Source: Escherichia coli (GTDB taxonomy: Bacteria > Pseudomonadota > Gammaproteobacteria > Enterobacterales > Enterobacteriaceae). From it: DNA of 64,000 nucleotides. Of this stretch, positions 9,747 to 20,004 are shown piece after piece. The notes beneath the pieces were generated by a model. That model saw only the letters and a list, made by a program, of their open reading frames with translations, did no database searches and was not told the DNA's origin. Numbering within the stretch: the stretch's first letter is position 1; each line of letters starts with the position of its first letter. The position numbers were made by a program, and so were the translations under genes. The stretch is from the NCBI RefSeq assembly GCF_017348835.2, contig NZ_CP071375.1, one strand, 5' to 3'.

Positions 9747-10733
9747 ATGATGAATAAACGTTTTGTTATCAATATGGTGTCTTCGCTGTTATTAGGCGCT
9801 GCGCTAATTTCTGCGCCGCTCCAGGCAGCGGAAAAAGTCGTGGTGAATATTTCTAAAGTCGATGGTATGCCGTGGTTTAATCGCATGGGCGAAGGTGTGG
9901 TTGAGGCGGGTAAAGCCTTTGGTGTTAATGCCTCACAGGTGGGGCCTTCAAGTACTGATGCTCCGCAACAGGTTAAAATTATTGAGGATTTAATCGCCCG
10001 TAAGGTTAATGCAATTACTATCGTGCCAAACGATGCCAACGTGCTGGAACCGGTATTCAAAAAAGCGCGAGATGCCGGAATTGTGGTTCTGACCAACGAA
10101 TCCCCCGGTCAGCCAAGTGCTAACTGGGATATCGAAATCATTGATAACGAAAAATTTGCCGCTGAATATGTTGAGCATATGGCGAAACGCATGGGTGGCA
10201 AGGGCGGCTATGTGATTTACGTGGGTAGTTTGACCGTGCCGCAGCATAACTTATGGGCTGACTTGCTGGTGAAATACCAGAAAGAGCATTACCCGGATAT
10301 GCATGAAGTTACCCGCCGCATGCCGGTTGCCGAGAGTGTGGATGACTCACGTCGTACCACACTGGACCTGATGAAAACCTATCCTGACTTGAAAGCGGTT
10401 GTCTCCTTTGGTTCAAACGGTCCGATTGGCGCGGGACGTGCGGTGAAAGAGAAACGGGCGAAAAATAAAGTCGCAGTCTATGGCATGATGATCCCTTCAC
10501 AGGCGGCATCACTGATTAAAAGTGGTGATATCACCGAAGGGATTACTTACGATCCGGCCTCTGCAGGTTACGCACTCGCAGCCGTCGCCAGCACATTGCT
10601 GAAGGGTGAAGAGATCAAGCCTGGATTAGAAATGCAGAATCTGGGTAAGGCCGACGTAGATATGGATAAGCGAATTATCCGTTTCCATAAGGTATTACTG
10701 GTCAACAAAGACAATATCGACTCACTTTATTAA
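9747..10733 (+). CDS. periplasmic sugar-binding protein, LsrB/RbsB family (328 aa) with signal peptide
   Basis: Signal peptide MMNKRFVINMVSSLLLGAALISAPLQAAEK; C-terminal NKDNID motif shared with LsrB-type binding proteins. Confidence 0.85.
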   Translation: MMNKRFVINMVSSLLLGAALISAPLQAAEKVVVNISKVDGMPWFNRMGEGVVEAGKAFGVNASQVGPSSTDAPQQVKIIEDLIARKVNAITIVPNDANVLEPVFKKARDAGIVVLTNESPGQPSANWDIEIIDNEKFAAEYVEHMAKRMGGKGGYVIYVGSLTVPQHNLWADLLVKYQKEHYPDMHEVTRRMPVAESVDDSRRTTLDLMKTYPDLKAVVSFGSNGPIGAGRAVKEKRAKNKVAVYGMMIPSQAASLIKSGDITEGITYDPASAGYALAAVASTLLKGEEIKPGLEMQNLGKADVDMDKRIIRFHKVLLVNKDNIDSLY

Positions 10734-10781
10734 TCCATTTCTTCGGGGCGAAAGCCCCGATTCTTATTGCCAGGGGATGTT

Positions 10782-12266
10782 ATGGAAACCTTCCTTTCCC
10801 TTCGTCATATCAACAAAACGTTTCATGCCACGCGAGCGCTGCGCGATGTTTCTCTCGACTTTATGTCGGGTGAAGTGCACTGCCTTGCCGGGCAAAACGG
10901 CTGTGGTAAATCGACGTTGATTAAAATTATGTCCGGTGTTTATCGCCCGGATGAGGGAGCGGAAATTACGCTTGGTGGGAAAAACTGGTCAAAGCTGACA
11001 CCCGCCGCTTCGGTGGCGCAGGGGATTCAGGTGATTTATCAGGACCTCTCTTTATTTCCTAACCTGAGTGTCTGGGAGAATATCGCCGTGAATCACTATC
11101 ACCACGGTCTGTTTGTTAACCGCCGTCGTCTGCGTGAGGTGGCGCAGGCGGCAATGACCAGTATTAACGTCACATTGCCACTGGATACACTCGTTTCTGA
11201 GCTTTCAATTGCCCGCTGTCAGCTGGTGGCTATTTGCCGTGCACTGGCGCAGGACGCACGGTTGATCGTGATGGATGAACCAACCGCTTCGCTGACCCAT
11301 CAGGAAGTGCAAGGGTTATTACAGGTGGTGCATCAATTGCGTGAACGCGGGATCTGCGTGGTCTTCGTCAGTCATCGTCTGGAAGAAGTGATGGAAGTTT
11401 CCGAGCGTATTTCAGTGCTGAAAGATGGTGAGCTGGTCGGGACTTTTCCGGCTGCAGAGATGACCACAAAACAACTCGGTTTCCTGATGACCGGCCAGGA
11501 GTTTGAATATCAGGTGCGAGAGTTGTGGCAGGGAAAATCCAGCACCCCGGTGCTGGAGGTGCGTAATTTAAGTCGTCATGGGGAATATCTAAATATTAAC
11601 TTGCGGGTGGAAGCGGGCGAAGTGGTATCGATTGTTGGCCTGCTTGGTGCGGGGCGCACGGAATTATGTCTGAGTCTGTTTGGTATGACCCGACCGGATG
11701 CTGGCGAGATCCTCATCAACGGCCAGCCGGTTACACTGCATAGTAACCAGGACGCCATCCGCCACGGTATTGGTTATGTTTCGGAAGATCGCATGTCGCG
11801 CGGTTTGGTGATGGCGCAATCTATTGAAGACAACATCATTAGCACTGTTTTTCACAAGGTAAAAGATCGCTTCGGCTTTCTGAGTGAAACTAAAGTGCGT
11901 GACCTGGTGGACAGGCTAATCAAGGCATTGACCATCAAAGTCTCTGATCCTCATCTCCCGGTGAATACGCTTTCTGGTGGTAACGCGCAGCGAGTATCGA
12001 TCGCCAAATGGCTGGCGATTGGGCCACGACTGTTGATTCTCGATAGCCCGACAGTCGGTGTTGATATCGCCAACAAAGCAGGAATATACGGCATTATCAG
12101 CGATCTGGCGGCTCATGGCATTGCGGTATTGATGATCTGCGATGAAATTGAAGAAGCGTGGTATCAAAGCCACCGGATTTTGGTAATGCAAAAAGGTCAG
12201 ATCACCCATAGCTTCCTGCCTGACAGCAGTTCTCAGGCCAGGATTGCGGAGGTGGTAAATGGCTGA
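10782..12266 (+). CDS. sugar ABC transporter ATP-binding protein, duplicated ABC domains (about 494 aa)
   Basis: Two Walker A motifs (GQNGCGKST and GLLGAGRTE) and an ABC signature (LSGGNAQR); RbsA/LsrA-like architecture. Confidence 0.85.
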   Translation: METFLSLRHINKTFHATRALRDVSLDFMSGEVHCLAGQNGCGKSTLIKIMSGVYRPDEGAEITLGGKNWSKLTPAASVAQGIQVIYQDLSLFPNLSVWENIAVNHYHHGLFVNRRRLREVAQAAMTSINVTLPLDTLVSELSIARCQLVAICRALAQDARLIVMDEPTASLTHQEVQGLLQVVHQLRERGICVVFVSHRLEEVMEVSERISVLKDGELVGTFPAAEMTTKQLGFLMTGQEFEYQVRELWQGKSSTPVLEVRNLSRHGEYLNINLRVEAGEVVSIVGLLGAGRTELCLSLFGMTRPDAGEILINGQPVTLHSNQDAIRHGIGYVSEDRMSRGLVMAQSIEDNIISTVFHKVKDRFGFLSETKVRDLVDRLIKALTIKVSDPHLPVNTLSGGNAQRVSIAKWLAIGPRLLILDSPTVGVDIANKAGIYGIISDLAAHGIAVLMICDEIEEAWYQSHRILVMQKGQITHSFLPDSSSQARIAEVVNG

Positions 12267-13230
12267 ACTGAAAAAACGCCATGAATTCTGGCTGGCATTA
12301 CTGATTGTGGTGCTGTTTGTTGGCCTTGCCTGGCGCAGCGACGAGTTTCTGACATTCGGTAATTTGTACGATCTCGCCAATAACTATGCCATGTTGACTA
12401 TTCTCGCCTGTGGTTTGTTTGTGGTGTTGATTTCCGGTGGAATTGATATTTCGTTTCCAGCTATGACCATCATTGCGCAATACGGCATGGTGCTGTTGCT
12501 GCAAAAAATTGGTGGCAACTTCGCTGTCGCGTTTGCACTGGCGGGCTGCATCGGCATTTTACTTGGCTTAATTAACGCCTTACTGGTTAATCGCCTACGG
12601 GTGCCTTCTATCATCATCACTATCTCGACGCTGAATATTTTCTATGGCCTGCTGTTATGGTTGAGTAAAGGTGTGTGGCTGTACGACTTTCCGCCGTGGT
12701 TTGAGCAGGGGGTTATGTTGTTCAAGTACACCGATGCTGATGGCTATGACTATGGCCTTGGTCTGCCGCTGATCGCCATGATTACGGTGGTGCTGCTAAC
12801 AGCGTTTATCATGAATTTCACCAGTGTAGGGCGCAAAATTTATGCCCTTGGCGGGAACCGCGAATCAGCCAGTCGCATCGGCTTTAGCGTGCTGAAACTG
12901 CAACTTTTCGTCTATGGCTATATGGGATTGATGTCTGGCGCTGCGGGTGTAGTGCAGTCGTGGACGGTGATGACTGTCGCCCCCGATTCTCTTCTGGGTT
13001 ATGAGCTGACAGTACTGGCTGCGGTGGTGCTTGGCGGCACTAGTTTGCTCGGCGGGCACGGCACGTTAACCGGTACTTTGCTCGGCGTGGTGTTGTTGGC
13101 AGTGATGCAAAACGGGCTAAATTTATTGGGAGTCTCGTCTTACTGGCAAACATTGATCACCGGCATCATCATCGTTGCCAGCATTAGTGCCACGGCGTGG
13201 AGTCAGCATCAGAACCGGAGTCTGCTATGA
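12259..13230 (+). CDS. ABC transporter permease, RbsC-like (323 aa)
   Basis: Multi-TM hydrophobic ORF overlapping the ATPase stop by 8 bp. Confidence 0.8.
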   Translation: MAELKKRHEFWLALLIVVLFVGLAWRSDEFLTFGNLYDLANNYAMLTILACGLFVVLISGGIDISFPAMTIIAQYGMVLLLQKIGGNFAVAFALAGCIGILLGLINALLVNRLRVPSIIITISTLNIFYGLLLWLSKGVWLYDFPPWFEQGVMLFKYTDADGYDYGLGLPLIAMITVVLLTAFIMNFTSVGRKIYALGGNRESASRIGFSVLKLQLFVYGYMGLMSGAAGVVQSWTVMTVAPDSLLGYELTVLAAVVLGGTSLLGGHGTLTGTLLGVVLLAVMQNGLNLLGVSSYWQTLITGIIIVASISATAWSQHQNRSLL

Positions 13231-14183
13231 AAAAATCGTGGTGTAATAACGTTGAGTTTTACTTGATCGGCCTGCTGGTGCTAACTGTTGCCGCGTTCAG
13301 CATTACTATGCCGGAGATTTTCTGGTCGATAAGTAATTTCCAGTCCGTCGCTTCGCAAATGCCCGTGCTGGGCATTCTGGCGTTGGCTATGGCGGTGACC
13401 ATGCTTTGCGGTGGCATTAACTTGTCAATTATAGCCACTGCTAACGCCTGTTCACTGGTGATGGCGTGGGTGGCGACTCAGTATCCACCGGGTATTGCTA
13501 CGGTTGTCGCTACGTTACTGGCGGGCGCTGGCGCGGCGGTGATAATCGGTTTATGTAACGGCGTATTGATTGCTGGTATTCGAGTGTCGCCAATTCTTGC
13601 AACGCTTGGGATGATGACGTTGCTCAAAGGGATAAATATTCTGGTGACAGGTGGTAGCGCCATTGCCAATTATCCCTCATGGGTGCTGTGGTTGAATCAT
13701 GCGCAATGGTTCGGTATTCCGCTACCGATGTGGTTGTTTGCCGCAGTGGCACTGGGGCTGTGGATATTGCTGGAAAAAACGCCGCTCGGTAAAGCCATTT
13801 ACCTGATTGGGTCTAACGAACGAGCAACACTTTACTCCGGCATTAACACTCGTCGGGTGCTGATTTGGGTTTATGTCATTTCCGCCTTGCTTTGTGCGGT
13901 AGCGGCATTTTTGATGATGTCGAAACTCAACTCGGCTAAGGCCTCTTATGGCGAATCGTACTTGCTGGTGTCAATCCTCGCGGCAGTACTCGGCGGGGTT
14001 AATCCGGACGGCGGCAGCGGGCGGATAATTGGTATGGTGCTGGCGCTGTTTCTTCTGCAAATTATTGAAAGCGGCTTCAATATTCTCGGTATAAGCCCCT
14101 ACCTGACGATGGCCTTATGGGGAACGTTGCTGCTCTGTTTCATTCAGGCTCGCGGCATGTTGGGGCTGGATCGGGTGGTTTAA
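13227..14183 (+). CDS. ABC transporter permease, second subunit (about 318 aa)
   Basis: Multi-TM ORF; the MKKSW start forms an ATGA overlap with the preceding permease stop. Confidence 0.8.
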   Translation: MKKSWCNNVEFYLIGLLVLTVAAFSITMPEIFWSISNFQSVASQMPVLGILALAMAVTMLCGGINLSIIATANACSLVMAWVATQYPPGIATVVATLLAGAGAAVIIGLCNGVLIAGIRVSPILATLGMMTLLKGINILVTGGSAIANYPSWVLWLNHAQWFGIPLPMWLFAAVALGLWILLEKTPLGKAIYLIGSNERATLYSGINTRRVLIWVYVISALLCAVAAFLMMSKLNSAKASYGESYLLVSILAAVLGGVNPDGGSGRIIGMVLALFLLQIIESGFNILGISPYLTMALWGTLLLCFIQARGMLGLDRVV

Positions 14184-14269
14184 ATATTGGCTATATTCAA
14201 TGGACGCGTTTTGCCGCGATGACATATCAGGCGTCGCCAAATACACATAGCTAATCAGGAGTAAACACA

Positions 14270-15319
14270 ATGAAGATCAAAGCTGTTGGTGCATATTCCG
14301 CTAAACAACCACTTGAACCGATGGATATCACCCGGCGTGAACCGGGACCGAATGATGTCAAAATCGAAATCGCTTACTGTGGCGTCTGCCATTCCGATCT
14401 CCACCAGGTCCGTTCCGAGTGGGCGGGGACGGTTTACCCCTGCGTGCCGGGTCATGAAATTGTGGGGCGTGTGGTAGCCGTTGGTGATCAGGTAGAAAAA
14501 CATGCGCCGGGCGATCTGGTCGGTGTCGGCTGCATTGTCGACAGTTGTAAACATTGCGAAGAGTGTGAAGACGGGCTGGAAAACTACTGTGATCACATGA
14601 CCGGCACATATAACTCGCCGACGCCGGACGAACCGGGCCATACTCTGGGCGGCTACTCACAACAGATCGTCGTTCATGAGCGATATGTTCTGCGTATTCG
14701 TCACCCGCAAGAGCAGCTGGCGGCGGTGGCTCCTTTGTTGTGTGCAGGGATCACCACGTACTCGCCGCTACGTCACTGGCAGGCCGGGCCGGGTAAAAAA
14801 GTGGGCGTGGTCGGCATCGGCGGTCTGGGACATATGGGGATTAAGCTGGCCCACGCGATGGGGGCACATGTGGTGGCATTTACCACTTCTGAGGCAAAAC
14901 GCGAAGCGGCAAAAGCCCTGGGGGCCGATGAAGTTGTTAACTCACGCAATGCCGATGAGATGGCGGCTCATGTGAAGAGTTTCGATTTCATTTTGAATAC
15001 AGTAGCTGCGCCACATAATCTCGACGATTTTACCACCTTGCTGAAGCGTGATGGCACCATGACGCTGGTTGGTGTGCCTGCGACACCGCATAAATCGCCG
15101 GAAGTTTTCAACCTGATCATGAAACGCCGTGCGATAGCCGGTTCTATGATTGGCGGCATTCCAGAAACTCAGGAGATGCTCGATTTTTGCGCCGAACATG
15201 GCATCGTGGCTGATATAGAGATGATTCGGGCCGATCAAATTAATGAAGCCTATGAGCGAATGCTGCGCGGTGATGTGAAATATCGTTTTGTTATCGATAA
15301 TCGCACACTAACAGACTGA
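14270..15319 (+). CDS. yahK: Zn-dependent NADPH aldehyde reductase / alcohol dehydrogenase (349 aa)
   Basis: GHE motif (CVPGHEIVGRV), structural Zn Cys cluster (CKHCEECEDG), GxGxxG (GIGGLGHMG); 349 aa. Confidence 0.9.
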   Translation: MKIKAVGAYSAKQPLEPMDITRREPGPNDVKIEIAYCGVCHSDLHQVRSEWAGTVYPCVPGHEIVGRVVAVGDQVEKHAPGDLVGVGCIVDSCKHCEECEDGLENYCDHMTGTYNSPTPDEPGHTLGGYSQQIVVHERYVLRIRHPQEQLAAVAPLLCAGITTYSPLRHWQAGPGKKVGVVGIGGLGHMGIKLAHAMGAHVVAFTTSEAKREAAKALGADEVVNSRNADEMAAHVKSFDFILNTVAAPHNLDDFTTLLKRDGTMTLVGVPATPHKSPEVFNLIMKRRAIAGSMIGGIPETQEMLDFCAEHGIVADIEMIRADQINEAYERMLRGDVKYRFVIDNRTLTD

Positions 15320-15358
15320 AAAAATTAATAAATACGCTGTGGTTTAACATATTAACTT

Positions 15359-15392
15359 CGCTCTCCACTTAACTTTTTAGTTAAGGAGAGCG
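15359..15392 (+). terminator. stem-loop CGCTCTCCACTTAACT-TTTT-AGTTAAGGAGAGCG downstream of yahK
   Basis: Near-perfect 15-bp inverted repeat read directly, 40 nt after the yahK stop; not followed by a clean U-tract. Confidence 0.35.
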
Positions 15393-15561
15393 AAATAATA
15401 TCAAAGTAGCAGTAAAACCTATAACGTAAATTCAAATTGTTAAATTAACTCCCTCCAGTACACAATACTTCACACGTTAGTTATGAGCGATTTCTGATAG
15501 TGCCTGGTTTAATCAGAGCTTTATTATCTGCGACGTTTATTTTTATTTAAGAGAGATCGCG

Positions 15562-16377
15562 ATGATATCATTAAAAGCTCCGCACAATAATTTGATGCCA
15601 TATACGCAACAAAGCATACTTAATACGGTTAAAAACAATCAGTTACCAGAGGATATCAAAAGCTCCCTGGTTTCCTGTGTCGATATATTCAAGGTTTTGA
15701 TTAAACAATATTATGATTATCCTTATGATTGTCGTGATGATTTAGTCGATGACGACAAACTCATTCATCTCATGGCTGCCGTACGAGACTGTGAGTGGTC
15801 AGACGATAACGCACTCACTATAAATGTGCAGTTTAATGATTTCCCTGGATTTTATGACTGGATGGATTACCCTGATCACCCGGTTAAGTTTGTTTTTCGC
15901 ATACTTGAAAATCAAAAAGGGACAGTTTGGGTATATGACCAGGATGATGCGTTTCTTGATATTAAAGCAAACGTGCAGGCTGGACGCTTTACCGGGCTTA
16001 AGAAATTAGTGCAGTTTATCGATTCAGTGCGAACAGATTGCAAATGTATTCTTCTTGAACACCATATGCCTTTGCTGAGAATTTTCCCTAAAGGGAAAGA
16101 GTGTATGCATGTGGAAAAATGGCTTCGCGAAATGTCGTCTATTCCGGAGACAGACGCGCCCATTAAGCAGGCGCTTGCGCATGGATTATTATTACACTTA
16201 AAAAATATCTACCCTGTTTTTCCTGAATCACTGGTGATGTTATTGCTCTCTGTTCTGGACGTAAAAACATACAGAGATGACGCACGATTAAATGAATGGA
16301 TATCTAATAGAGTGCAGGAATTAGGTGACAGATATTATCCTGTAAATAAGCACGTTAAAATCCGCTACACTCTTTAG
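15562..16377 (+). CDS. yahL: hypothetical protein (271 aa)
   Basis: 271 aa ORF in the expected position between yahK and yahM. Confidence 0.7.
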   Translation: MISLKAPHNNLMPYTQQSILNTVKNNQLPEDIKSSLVSCVDIFKVLIKQYYDYPYDCRDDLVDDDKLIHLMAAVRDCEWSDDNALTINVQFNDFPGFYDWMDYPDHPVKFVFRILENQKGTVWVYDQDDAFLDIKANVQAGRFTGLKKLVQFIDSVRTDCKCILLEHHMPLLRIFPKGKECMHVEKWLREMSSIPETDAPIKQALAHGLLLHLKNIYPVFPESLVMLLLSVLDVKTYRDDARLNEWISNRVQELGDRYYPVNKHVKIRYTL

Positions 16378-16603
16378 TTCAGAAAGGGTTCCACCTGCAA
16401 GTTGTTATTCCACCAGAGAGTGAATGGCAATGCAGGTAATCATTTCATCTGTATATCCGTATGCCAAATGGCATTCCACCGCCTTTTTCGCCGATATTTT
16501 GTTGTGATCGGCGACGCTTCGCTTAAAAAAGCACCAGCAGTGGTTTTGCAGCTATGCGGTGTATAAAAAATGATCTCATGCAGATGTTTTGTGAATGTGT
16601 GGG

Positions 16604-16632
16604 TTGACATTCATATGAAAAAAATCATAATT
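16604..16632 (+). promoter_or_regulatory. near-consensus sigma70 promoter (TTGACA, 16-17 bp spacer, CATAAT/ATAATT)
   Basis: gggTTGACAttcatatgaaaaaaatCATAATtcc read directly; about 160 nt upstream of the yahM start. Confidence 0.35.
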
Positions 16633-16789
16633 CCATCATGTTTGTGTGGGGTCTTTTCTGTATCTTACGCATCGCTCTCAAGCCTGACAGAAAATATGCT
16701 GTAAGGCTCATATCAAAAACCGCCATTAGCTCATCAGGAAGAGCAGACGACAACCAGGATTGTTGTATGGTACGGGGTTCGAGGCCTCG

Positions 16790-17035
16790 ATGGCGGTCCA
16801 ACTTTTCAAAACTCTTCTGAATCAGATCCCCTTATTATCATCCCTGCAAAGTGGAACATTGCCATTGTTTGGCTATTCAGGACGGGTCAGACCAATGAAA
16901 AAAGCCCACACAGGGGAGAGTGGGCTGAAATGGGAAGCTAAAGACTCAAGTAAACTTATCGGAAATAAGGACCACGCATTACGGGGGCTATCATCGCCGA
17001 TGGCCGGGATTCGGCAAATCAGGTTGATTACGTAG
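16790..17035 (+). CDS. yahM: small hypothetical protein (81 aa)
   Basis: ORF 16760..17035; the internal Met at 16790 gives 81 aa, the length I recall for yahM. Confidence 0.5.
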   Translation: MAVQLFKTLLNQIPLLSSLQSGTLPLFGYSGRVRPMKKAHTGESGLKWEAKDSSKLIGNKDHALRGLSSPMAGIRQIRLIT

Positions 17036-17051
17036 AGAGTAAATTATCTGC

Positions 17052-17722
17052 TCACCGCTGCGTCACCCCTTCGTAAATCAGGCGTAGCGCGAATACACCA
17101 ATAATTGCACCAATAACCCGACTGGCAACGCGTTGCATACGCCCATAAGCACGACGCACAGCGGGCAAAGAAAACGCCTGACTAAGAAAGACTCGCCAGA
17201 TAACTGATGCGAGCACAATCCCCGCCCAGGCCATTAAACGTGCCCATGTTGGTGTTTCGGCATTTAATGTTACTGAGAAAATACTGATAAAAAATAAAAC
17301 GGTTTGCGGGTTAGAGAGATCGGTAATTAATCCGCGGCGAAAAAAGACATACCAGGGGCGCTAATCGGTTGTTGTAGTGTGCTCATTTGCGGTGTTGACT
17401 GGCGGCGCATGCTACACCACGCAAACCATAAGAGATAAGCGCCGCCGACGATTCTGATAAGCGAAAAAATCTCCTCACACTGCGTAATTAGCGTTGCAAG
17501 ACCAAACAAACCCAACCCGGAATAAAATGCATCGCCCAGCGCCACGCCCAGTCCGGTCAGCACTCCTGCGCGTCGACCGGAAGCCAGGCTGGTTTGTACT
17601 ACCACAAAAAGATTGGCTCCCGGATTAAAAAAAGTAATCACGAACAGTCCTACGGTCAGGTAAACGGCGTGCAAAGGATCCATAGTGATTTCATCCATAA
17701 ATAAGTGAAGTAACTTCATCAT
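17052..17722 (-). pseudogene. yahN: LysE/RhtB-family amino-acid exporter, apparently disrupted by a -1 frameshift in a poly-T tract
   Basis: Two minus-strand ORFs (17327..17722 and 17052..17234) in different frames; combined span 671 nt versus 672 nt expected for 223 aa plus stop; frame break at a T-homopolymer near 17339-17345. Confidence 0.55.
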
Positions 17723-17868
17723 ATTTCTACCAAAAATAATCGGGTGCGAGAGAGATCACAAAGTGTCTTATTTCCGGTTACTGGCGTTTATGCCCTGACT
17801 GAACTAATTATTAATCAACCCAATAATGTGGGTGGGTGATAGTGTGATAACAACTCTGGAGCCGTAAT

Positions 17869-18144
17869 ATGAAAATAATCTCTAAAATGTTAGTCGGTGC
17901 GTTAGCGTTTGCCGTTACCAATGTCTATGCCGCTGAATTGATGACCAAAGCGGAATTTGAAAAAGTCGAATCGCAATATGAAAAAATAGGTGATATTTCA
18001 ACCAGCAATGAAATGTCGACCGCAGACGCGAAAGAAGATTTGATCAAAAAAGCGGATGAAAAAGGGGCTGATGTGTTGGTACTGACCTCCGGTCAAACTG
18101 ACAATAAGATCCACGGCACGGCAAATATTTATAAGAAGAAGTAA
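17869..18144 (+). CDS. yahO: small periplasmic DUF1471-family protein (91 aa) with signal peptide
   Basis: Signal peptide [21 protein letters not shown]; 91 aa. Confidence 0.85.
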   Translation: MKIISKMLVGALAFAVTNVYAAELMTKAEFEKVESQYEKIGDISTSNEMSTADAKEDLIKKADEKGADVLVLTSGQTDNKIHGTANIYKKK

Positions 18145-18241
18145 TTCTGAATCCTATGTAAACATGCCCGATGCGTAAGTTTACTGGTGATCATCTATTG
18201 AAATTTATGCCGGATAAAGCGTTCGCGCTGCATTCGGCAGT

Positions 18242-19828
18242 TCAGCTTTTCAGCCGCCGCCAGAACGTCGTCCGACTGATGCCTAAATAATTCGCCGCTG
18301 CTGTTTTATCGCCTTTAAATTTCTCCAGTGCCTGTTGTGGTGTCAGTAAGCGTGGAGCGGGAATTTTCGCCGACTCGCGCGCCAGTTCCGGCAGTAGCAG
18401 CTGCAAAAACTGCGGCTTTAAATCCGGCGTCGGTTCCACACTTAAAAACAGCGCCAGTCGCTCCATCATATTGCGCAGTTCACGAATATTACCTGGCCAG
18501 TCGTAGCGCAGCAGCACGGTTTCACTTGCCTGTAACCCCTGGCGTAATGCAGCAGAAAATGGGGCGGAGAGCGCCGCCAGAGACACTTTCAAAAAGCTTT
18601 CCGCCAGTGGCAGAATATCTGCCACCCGCTCGCGCAGTGGTGGCAATTGCAGACGCAAAATACTCAGCCGATAAAACAGATCACGGCGAAACTGCCCTTG
18701 CCGCATATCTTCTTCCAGATTGCAGTGAGTGGCGCTAATGACCCGCACATCCACCGGAACAGGCTGATGCCCGCCGACGCGGGTGACCTCTTTTTCTTCC
18801 AGCACCCGCAGCAGCCGGGTCTGCAACGGCAGCGGCATTTCGCCAATCTCATCGAGAAACAGCGTGCCGCCGTGGGCGATTTCAAACAGCCCGGCGCGTC
18901 CTCCGCGTCGCGAGCCGGTAAACGCCCCTTCCTCATAGCCAAACAGCTCCGCTTCCAGCAGCGATTCGGCAATCGCCCCGCAGTTGACGGCAACAAACGG
19001 ATGCGACTTTTTGCCCTGTCGCGCATCGTGGCGGGCAAAGTATTCCCGATGAATTGCCTGGGCCGCCAGCTCTTTGCCCGTCCCCGTTTCCCCCTCAATC
19101 AACACCGCCGCACTGGAGCGGGCATACAGCAAAATAGTCTGCCGTACTTGTTCCATCTGTGGTGATTGACCGAGCATATCGCCCAGCACGTAACGAGTAC
19201 GCAGGGCGTTGCGGGTGGCATCGTGAGTGTTATGGCGTAACGACATGCGCGTCATATCCAGCGCATCGCTGAACGCCTGGCGCACGGTGGCGGCGGAATA
19301 GATAAAAATTCCGGTCATTCCGGCTTCTTCTGCCAGATCGGTAATCAGCCCCGCGCCGACCACCGCTTCGGTGCCGTTAGCTTTTAGCTCGTTAATCTGC
19401 CCGCGTGCGTCTTCTTCGGTAATGTAGCTACGTTGGTCGAGGCGCAAATTAAAGGTTTTTTGAAACGCCACCAGTGCCGGAATAGTTTCCTGATAAGTGA
19501 CAACGCCGATAGAAGAGGTGAGCTTTCCGGCTTTTGCCAGTGCCTGTAACACATCGTAGCCGCTCGGTTTAATCAAAATAACTGGCACTGACAGGCGGCT
19601 TTTCAGGTACGCGCCGTTAGAGCCAGCGGCGATGATGGCGTCGCAGCGTTCGTTTGCCAGTTTCTTGCGGATATAGGTCACTGCTTTTTCAAAGCCAAGC
19701 TGAATAGGGGTAATGTTCGCCAGGTGATCAAACTCGAGGCTGATATCGCGAAACAGCTCGAATAAGCGCGTTACAGATACCGTCCAGATAACCGGTTTGT
19801 CGTCATTCAGCCGTGGTGGATGTGCCAT
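18242..19828 (-). CDS. prpR: sigma54-dependent propionate catabolism activator (NtrC family)
   Basis: AAA+ sigma54-interaction motifs ([14 protein letters not shown]) and a C-terminal HTH; ORF 18242..19840 with the likely start [10 protein letters not shown] at 19828. Confidence 0.9.
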   Translation of the reverse strand: MAHPPRLNDDKPVIWTVSVTRLFELFRDISLEFDHLANITPIQLGFEKAVTYIRKKLANERCDAIIAAGSNGAYLKSRLSVPVILIKPSGYDVLQALAKAGKLTSSIGVVTYQETIPALVAFQKTFNLRLDQRSYITEEDARGQINELKANGTEAVVGAGLITDLAEEAGMTGIFIYSAATVRQAFSDALDMTRMSLRHNTHDATRNALRTRYVLGDMLGQSPQMEQVRQTILLYARSSAAVLIEGETGTGKELAAQAIHREYFARHDARQGKKSHPFVAVNCGAIAESLLEAELFGYEEGAFTGSRRGGRAGLFEIAHGGTLFLDEIGEMPLPLQTRLLRVLEEKEVTRVGGHQPVPVDVRVISATHCNLEEDMRQGQFRRDLFYRLSILRLQLPPLRERVADILPLAESFLKVSLAALSAPFSAALRQGLQASETVLLRYDWPGNIRELRNMMERLALFLSVEPTPDLKPQFLQLLLPELARESAKIPAPRLLTPQQALEKFKGDKTAAANYLGISRTTFWRRLKS

Positions 19829-19871
19829 AGCGCACCGCAAAGTTAAGATACCGAATATTGGGTTTAGTCTT

Positions 19872-19929
19872 GTTTCATAATTGTTGCAATGAAACGCGGT
19901 GAAACATTGCCTGAAACGTTAACTGAAAC
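19872..19929. promoter_or_regulatory. PrpR-type upstream activating sequence: palindrome GTTTCAT-N10-ATGAAAC followed by phased TGAAAC direct repeats
   Basis: Read directly in the prpR-prpB divergent region; TGAAAC copies at about 19890, 19900, 19912, 19924. Confidence 0.5.
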
Positions 19930-20004
19930 GCATATTTGCGGATTAGTTCATGACTTTATCTCTAACAAATTGAAATTAAAGATTTAATTTTATTAAGTCA
20001 ATTG

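Noticed and set aside
14255-14660. Minus-strand ORFs of 128 and 100 aa overlapping the yahK start
   Set aside because: Antisense to the confidently identified Zn-dependent dehydrogenase yahK.
18328-19165. ORFs on both strands overlapping prpR (18328..18738, 18647..19165, 18664..19098)
   Set aside because: prpR is identified by its AAA+ and HTH motifs; the others are frame artefacts.
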